Source: Planctomycetota bacterium
GTDB lineage: Bacteria > Planctomycetota > B15-G4
Reading direction: 5' to 3'
DNA length: 64,000 nucleotides
NCBI GenBank assembly: GCA_029259715.1
Contig: JAJDEP010000003.1
Location: forward strand, 301,370 to 365,369
The notes under the pieces were generated by a model that searched no databases, was not told the origin of the DNA, and saw only the letters and a list, made by a program, of their open reading frames with translations. Positions 59,521-64,000 of this stretch are shown here, in pieces. The translations under genes were made by a program, and so were the position numbers. Numbering within the stretch: the first letter of the stretch is position 1; the number at the start of each line of letters is the position of its first letter.

Positions 59521-60021
59521 CTACTCGATCCCTATCGGCACTTCCGTGAACCGAGCCGTAGCCGTATCGATGGTCAGCCGACGGAGGTCTCCATTGGCGG
59601 AGACGTCCATGATTCCCCCATTCGTCAGCACCCCCTTCTCGTTGAAGGCGAGGGTGGGGCGGTTGGGGAAGGCGGCCGAGACCAGGTCCAGCCCCGTGGG
59701 CTGGCCCGGGTGCTTGATGCGGATCACGTAGTCGCCGTGGCTGAGCGGGTCCTCGACCGGAGTGCCCGTCTTGTCCACGACGGCGAAGTACTCCTTGGCG
59801 ACGTGCATCTTGACGCCGAAGGGCTCACCCCGGTGGTAGGCCAGGGACTTCGCGTGGTTGACCGCGTCCTGCAGCTGGATCTGGAGCGTGTCGAGCTTGC
59901 GCTTGGTGCTCAGACCCGAGCTCGGCATCGCGATGGCCGTGAGCATGGCCATGATCGCCATGACGACGAGCAGCTCGAGGATCGAGAACCCAGCACGGGA
60001 GTCGCGTCGGGAGACGTTCAT
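59521..60021 (-). CDS. FimT/GspH-like minor pilin (machine operon)
   Basis: RAG|FSILELLVVMAIM; AKSLA; FNEKG; TAATG coupling; paralog of 28499. Confidence 0.82.
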   Translation of the reverse strand: MNVSRRDSRAGFSILELLVVMAIMAMLTAIAMPSSGLSTKRKLDTLQIQLQDAVNHAKSLAYHRGEPFGVKMHVAKEYFAVVDKTGTPVEDPLSHGDYVIRIKHPGQPTGLDLVSAAFPNRPTLAFNEKGVLTNGGIMDVSANGDLRRLTIDTATARFTEVPIGIE

Positions 60022-61046
60022 TACTCGCCTCCGCCAACGACGACATCGGCGTCGAACGCATCCATGGCGTCGTACTCGGCGTCCGTCACGTCCTCGAAGG
60101 GGAAGGACAACGTGCGCACCGACTCGGCGCCGCACTCGACCTGTTCACTCCAGGACTGCAGCCCGCGACCGTGGCCGGGGCGACGGATGCCGCTGCCGAA
60201 GACAGGCTCCTCGGTGGACACGGCCAGGCCGCGCACGGCGCCGCGTCCGGGGACCTCGAACTCCTCGGCCATGACCATGCCGCGCACCTCGACCCGTGAA
60301 GACGAGTCGGCGATGAAGCGCAGGTCAGGTGCCGCCACGGCGACGTCCGGGATGTCGGTTCCGGCCAGCAGACGCAGCCCGCCGTACACCTGCACCTTGG
60401 GACGGTTGGCACCAAGCTGCGGCGCGTTGCTGTTGCACAGTCCGGCGCGGGTGATGATGGTGCCGCGCAAGACGACGTCATCGAGGGTCAGCTCAGCGCC
60501 GGCCTCGAGCAGGAACAGTCCGGCCAGCTGGGTGTCCGTGTAGGTCACAGAGCCGCTGATGATCGTCAGGTTGCCGGCGAGGAGCACCGCATCGCCGACG
60601 TCGCAGCGCAGGCGGTTGCGTTGACCCTGGGTGTCGCCGCTGGGATCGACGCGTCCACGGGCGCGGAGGTTGGCTTCATCGGCCACATCCGAGCCGTTGC
60701 CGCGGGCATGGACCCGCAGGCGACGTTCGTCGTGGTCGATGATCTCGCGCTCGCTGGTCACGATCTCACCGGAGGCCGTCTCCACGGTGTCCTCGCCACC
60801 GTCGCTGACGGTTGTGGGGAGGTGTCCCTCGCGCATCCGGTCACGGGTGCGCTCGAGTCCCGAGCGGCTGGCCTCTTCGGCCGGGCTCGCGCCCGATGCG
60901 AACTCGAGGCTGCGCTTGGCGAGGACCGCGTGGCGGGCGTAGGTGACCGTCACGGAGACCACGATCGCGGAGAGGACGAGGGTGGCCATGAGGACCCACC
61001 CGCCTTGTCGGGAGTCGCGGCGTTGCTTGTGTCTTTGAGAGTTCAT
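60021..61046 (-). CDS. PilX/GspK-like minor pilin with a predicted beta-solenoid region (machine operon)
   Basis: QGG|WVLMATLVLS (no E5); YARHAVLA; AEEASRSGL; RPGHGRGLQSW. Confidence 0.72.
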   Translation of the reverse strand: MNSQRHKQRRDSRQGGWVLMATLVLSAIVVSVTVTYARHAVLAKRSLEFASGASPAEEASRSGLERTRDRMREGHLPTTVSDGGEDTVETASGEIVTSEREIIDHDERRLRVHARGNGSDVADEANLRARGRVDPSGDTQGQRNRLRCDVGDAVLLAGNLTIISGSVTYTDTQLAGLFLLEAGAELTLDDVVLRGTIITRAGLCNSNAPQLGANRPKVQVYGGLRLLAGTDIPDVAVAAPDLRFIADSSSRVEVRGMVMAEEFEVPGRGAVRGLAVSTEEPVFGSGIRRPGHGRGLQSWSEQVECGAESVRTLSFPFEDVTDAEYDAMDAFDADVVVGGGE

Positions 61047-61082
61047 CGTCTTACATGTCTCGTTTCTGTCAGCGGCTCGCGG

Positions 61083-61613
61083 CTAGCCTTCGGTCTCGGC
61101 GGGGTCGGTCATCCACCACGTGTGGACGCCGACCTCGTTCAGGTCCTTGAAAATCGTCACTTCGAGTTCCACTAGGTAGTTGCCCTCGAACTCGTCGGCG
61201 TCGACCTCGATGCTCGGGTCGGCGGCGTCCACCGTGCGCACGACCACCACCTGCTCCCAGGTGGGATGCGACACGATGACTTCGTACTCGGCCGAACGCG
61301 GAGGCTGGTACTCGGTCTCGTCGAGATCCCAGAGCGTGTGGACGGAGTCGCCGTACTGCGGCTCCGAGTCCTCGGGCGCCGACCACGGCAACAGCACCGC
61401 TGCCTCGTGGATCTCCTGCGCGAGCATCAAGGCCTCATGCGGGCCTTCCGCGAAGAAGTGGTAGACCTCCGTGGAACGCGCCAGCGAGGCCGTTGAAGCG
61501 ACCAAGGTGGAGCCCACGACGAGGGTCGCGAGCATGAGTTCCGCGAAGCTCGCACCCTGGGTGCGACGGCGACGTGCCGTGTTCGCGACGGGCTTGTTGC
61601 TGGAATGGATCAT
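61083..61613 (-). CDS. PilV/GspI-like minor pilin (machine operon)
   Basis: TQG|ASFAELMLAT; AQEIHEAA; ends HTWWMTDP; paralog of 23167 and 26971. Confidence 0.75.
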   Translation of the reverse strand: MIHSSNKPVANTARRRRTQGASFAELMLATLVVGSTLVASTASLARSTEVYHFFAEGPHEALMLAQEIHEAAVLLPWSAPEDSEPQYGDSVHTLWDLDETEYQPPRSAEYEVIVSHPTWEQVVVVRTVDAADPSIEVDADEFEGNYLVELEVTIFKDLNEVGVHTWWMTDPAETEG

Positions 61614-61684
61614 GGTGAGTCGTTTCGAATCCGTATGTCGGGCGTCGCTGCTTTCGCGTCGCGGACTCCGCGGCAGCTCCCGGT

Positions 61685-61712
61685 GTGTCGGGATCAACCG
61701 GGGGTGACTTGA
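61685..61712 (-). promoter_or_regulatory. Putative sigma28-like promoter of the machine operon
   Basis: Minus strand TCAAG-N15-CCCGACAC. Confidence 0.55.
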
Positions 61713-61889
61713 AGCACCGGCGGGGTCCCGCGAGATCGGTGCCCGGGCGCCGCAGCGATTCACCCTTCCGGCCGGCCGGGGCCATCGGCTGCGGGATGGC
61801 AGCTGGCTGAGCGGGCACCGACGCAAGTCCTTCGAATCAGCTGTCCCGGGCCGCCCTGGCGCCCCTTTCCCACCCGTCCAGGCGATTCC

Positions 61890-61917
61890 TCAGGGTCTGC
61901 CCGTGGATTCCCGACAA
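61890..61917 (+). promoter_or_regulatory. Putative sigma28-like promoter of the HEAT-repeat gene
   Basis: TCAGG-N15-CCCGACAA. Confidence 0.45.
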
Positions 61918-62058
61918 GGAAAGGGTCCAATCCGGATGTCGACAGGGGCGTTGCTCGACTATCCACGGGCTATCCACGGCCACGGGCGCTGACGCCAATC
62001 CGTGCCAGAAGTCGCCAGAGCCCCTCGTCCAAGGACGATTACGCCGACCCGAGACACC

Positions 62059-64000
62059 ATGAACCTCAACCTGCCTGCGCCCTTGTCCCCGAGCCGCCTC
62101 CGGCGTGGCCGGCTGTCGTCCCTCGCGGCGGGTCTCGTGCTGACGACGGCTGTTCTGGCCTCCGCCGCGACCGCCCAGACGGTGACGGAGGGCGGCGGAC
62201 TCGCCGGTCCGGGAGCCACCACCGGCTCCGAACCGGCTCTCGGGGGTCACATTTTCCGGCCGCCTCAGATCGGGAATCTGAATCCTCCGCCCCCGTCCGG
62301 AGGCGGCCCCGGCTGGATCCCCCCGGACGCCGGATTCCCGGGCGATGGACCCGGCGGCGATCCGGACGGCGGCAATGACGAACCGAACAGCGGCCCGCGT
62401 TCGCAGACGCGACCGACCACCGGCGCGCGCCCCAACCGGTTGAGCGACGGGGCCCAGGTGCGCGGCGCGCCGAATCGCCCCAGTGCTGCCACTCCCATCA
62501 TCGAGCTGGGCGACGACCGCTGGGAAGTCTGGTGGGAAGCCAACAAGTTCGACTTCATCGAATTGCGACGCGTCCAGGACACACCCATCACAGGGCAGGG
62601 TGTTCAGCAGGAATCGCCGGAGCAGCGCGAGCAGCGTCTTGCCCATGTGCGGCAGACATTGCGCGACGAGATCCTTCCCCTGCTGCGGCGACTCGCCGCC
62701 TCGCCCGACAGCCAGGTGCGCGCCTCCGTCGCCGTGGCCCTCGGCAAGCTGCGGGACGAGGCCGCCATCGACCTGGTGCGCAAGCTACTCGCCGACACGA
62801 GTCTCATCGTCCGCCGGGCCGCCATGATGTCCCTGGGCATCATGCAGTCGGGGCGCGGCAGCTACCTGCTCATGAACATCGCGGACGATACGTCGATGGG
62901 ACGCGATCTCATCGGCAAGTTGAGCCTCTCCAATGACGACCGCGGCACGGCCCTGATCGTGGCCGGCCTCCGCGGCGATCGGACCGCCGAGCACCTCGTC
63001 GCCGAGATGCTCGAGTCCCGCTCCCAGACGCATCCAGAGATGCTGGCCATGGTCTGTGAGGCCGCCGGCCTTATGGGCGGAGACAGGAACATCCGCTCCC
63101 TCATCGACGTCGCCTTCGACGAGGACCAACCCGAGTACGTGCGCTCGTCCGCGACCTCGGCCCTGGGTCGCATCGGCGACCCCTCGGTGACTCCCGCCCT
63201 GGTCGAACTCCTCGACGGACGCCTGCAGCCGCGCCGGGCCGCGGCCGCGGCCTTGGGCTACGTGACTCACCGCGGCGAGGAACGCGTCATCGAGAAGCTG
63301 GGCGACATCCTCGAGGACGAGAGTGACGCCCCCACCCGCCACTTCGCCGCGATCTCCCTCGGGAGGATCGGTGGCGACCTGGCCCGCGGCCGATTGCTGG
63401 AAGCCTTCGAGGACCCCGCCGCGAACATGCGGCCCTGGCTCGCGCTGGCCCTCGGCTTGAACGCCCGCAACGGTCCCGACAGCGGCATCCCCGACCTGCT
63501 CATGCAGCGCATGGACGGGGAGGCAAACGCCAACACGCTCGGTGCCTACTACATCGCCCTCGGCCTGACCGGGTCTGAGCAGGGCCTCGATCGGCTGCAT
63601 GAGGCCGCGCAGGGCGCCCAGCTCGAACTCGCGAGCCACGCCGCGTTGGCCCTCGGGCTCTCGGGCCATTCACGGGCGGCCGCCATGCTGCGCGGCATCC
63701 TGGCCTCGACCGAGTCCCCGTTCCTGATCCGGCAGACGGCACTGGGCCTCGGCATCCTCGCCGACTCGCGCTCGATCCCCGATCTGGTCGAGTTGATCCG
63801 CGTGACCAACAACCCGCTGGTCGCCAGCTACTCCGCTGTGGCCATCGCCTTGATGGGCGACGAGAACGCCGCCGGCCCCCTGCTCTCGGTCCTCGAGCGG
63901 GAGGGCACCCGGGGCATGACCGCGACGTTCGCGGTGCTGGCCGTGGGGCAGTTGTTCGACACCGACCGCCGCCCGGCCCTCTCGCGCCTCGCGGCGGGAG
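62059..64000 (+). CDS. Exported HEAT/PBS-lyase repeat protein, 3'-truncated by the window (absent from the ORF track)
   Basis: Frame translated by hand: signal-like ...LAAGLVLTTAVLASAATAQ; Pro/Gly linker; WEVWWEANKF; repeats VRASVAVALGKL, VRSSATSALGRIG, RHFAAISLGRIG. Confidence 0.85.
   Translation, partial: MNLNLPAPLSPSRLRRGRLSSLAAGLVLTTAVLASAATAQTVTEGGGLAGPGATTGSEPALGGHIFRPPQIGNLNPPPPSGGGPGWIPPDAGFPGDGPGGDPDGGNDEPNSGPRSQTRPTTGARPNRLSDGAQVRGAPNRPSAATPIIELGDDRWEVWWEANKFDFIELRRVQDTPITGQGVQQESPEQREQRLAHVRQTLRDEILPLLRRLAASPDSQVRASVAVALGKLRDEAAIDLVRKLLADTSLIVRRAAMMSLGIMQSGRGSYLLMNIADDTSMGRDLIGKLSLSNDDRGTALIVAGLRGDRTAEHLVAEMLESRSQTHPEMLAMVCEAAGLMGGDRNIRSLIDVAFDEDQPEYVRSSATSALGRIGDPSVTPALVELLDGRLQPRRAAAAALGYVTHRGEERVIEKLGDILEDESDAPTRHFAAISLGRIGGDLARGRLLEAFEDPAANMRPWLALALGLNARNGPDSGIPDLLMQRMDGEANANTLGAYYIALGLTGSEQGLDRLHEAAQGAQLELASHAALALGLSGHSRAAAMLRGILASTESPFLIRQTALGLGILADSRSIPDLVELIRVTNNPLVASYSAVAIALMGDENAAGPLLSVLEREGTRGMTATFAVLAVGQLFDTDRRPALSRLAAG

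Overview
Very GC-rich bacterial chromosomal segment (about 70% by eye, not computed), most likely from a Planctomycetota. The evidence for that is an ECF sigma factor beside a Ser/Thr kinase-FGE gene, a PurS-fused PurL, many prepilin-type genes, and secreted FG-GAP and HEAT-repeat proteins. Housekeeping genes: leuS, tRNA-Ala(GGC), ETF-QO, lysS-lolC/E-lolD, tig-clpP-clpX-rlmN, accA, purL-purQ and argE. The main accessory content is a type IV filament (T4P/T2SS-like) system in two loci. One is an array of 11 pilin-type genes at 21.9-31.4 kb, built from repeated paralogous cassettes (PilW-, PilV-, PilX-, FimT-like and major pilins). The other is a machine operon at 52-61.6 kb (a fourth V/X/FimT set, fused PilM-PilN, PilO, PilP/GspC-like, secretin, STAS, ATPase, platform). 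Most of these transcription units are preceded by a shared sigma28-like motif, TCAAG-N15/16-(G/T/C)CCGA. Also seen: two covarying copies of a ~90-nt structured repeat in inverted orientation around an FG-GAP gene, a kinase with DFD instead of DFG, and a divergent Rieske/ferric-reductase and Rieske-GltB redox cluster. No integrase, transposase, CRISPR array or rRNA was found. Start codons were chosen by eye; no database searches were run.
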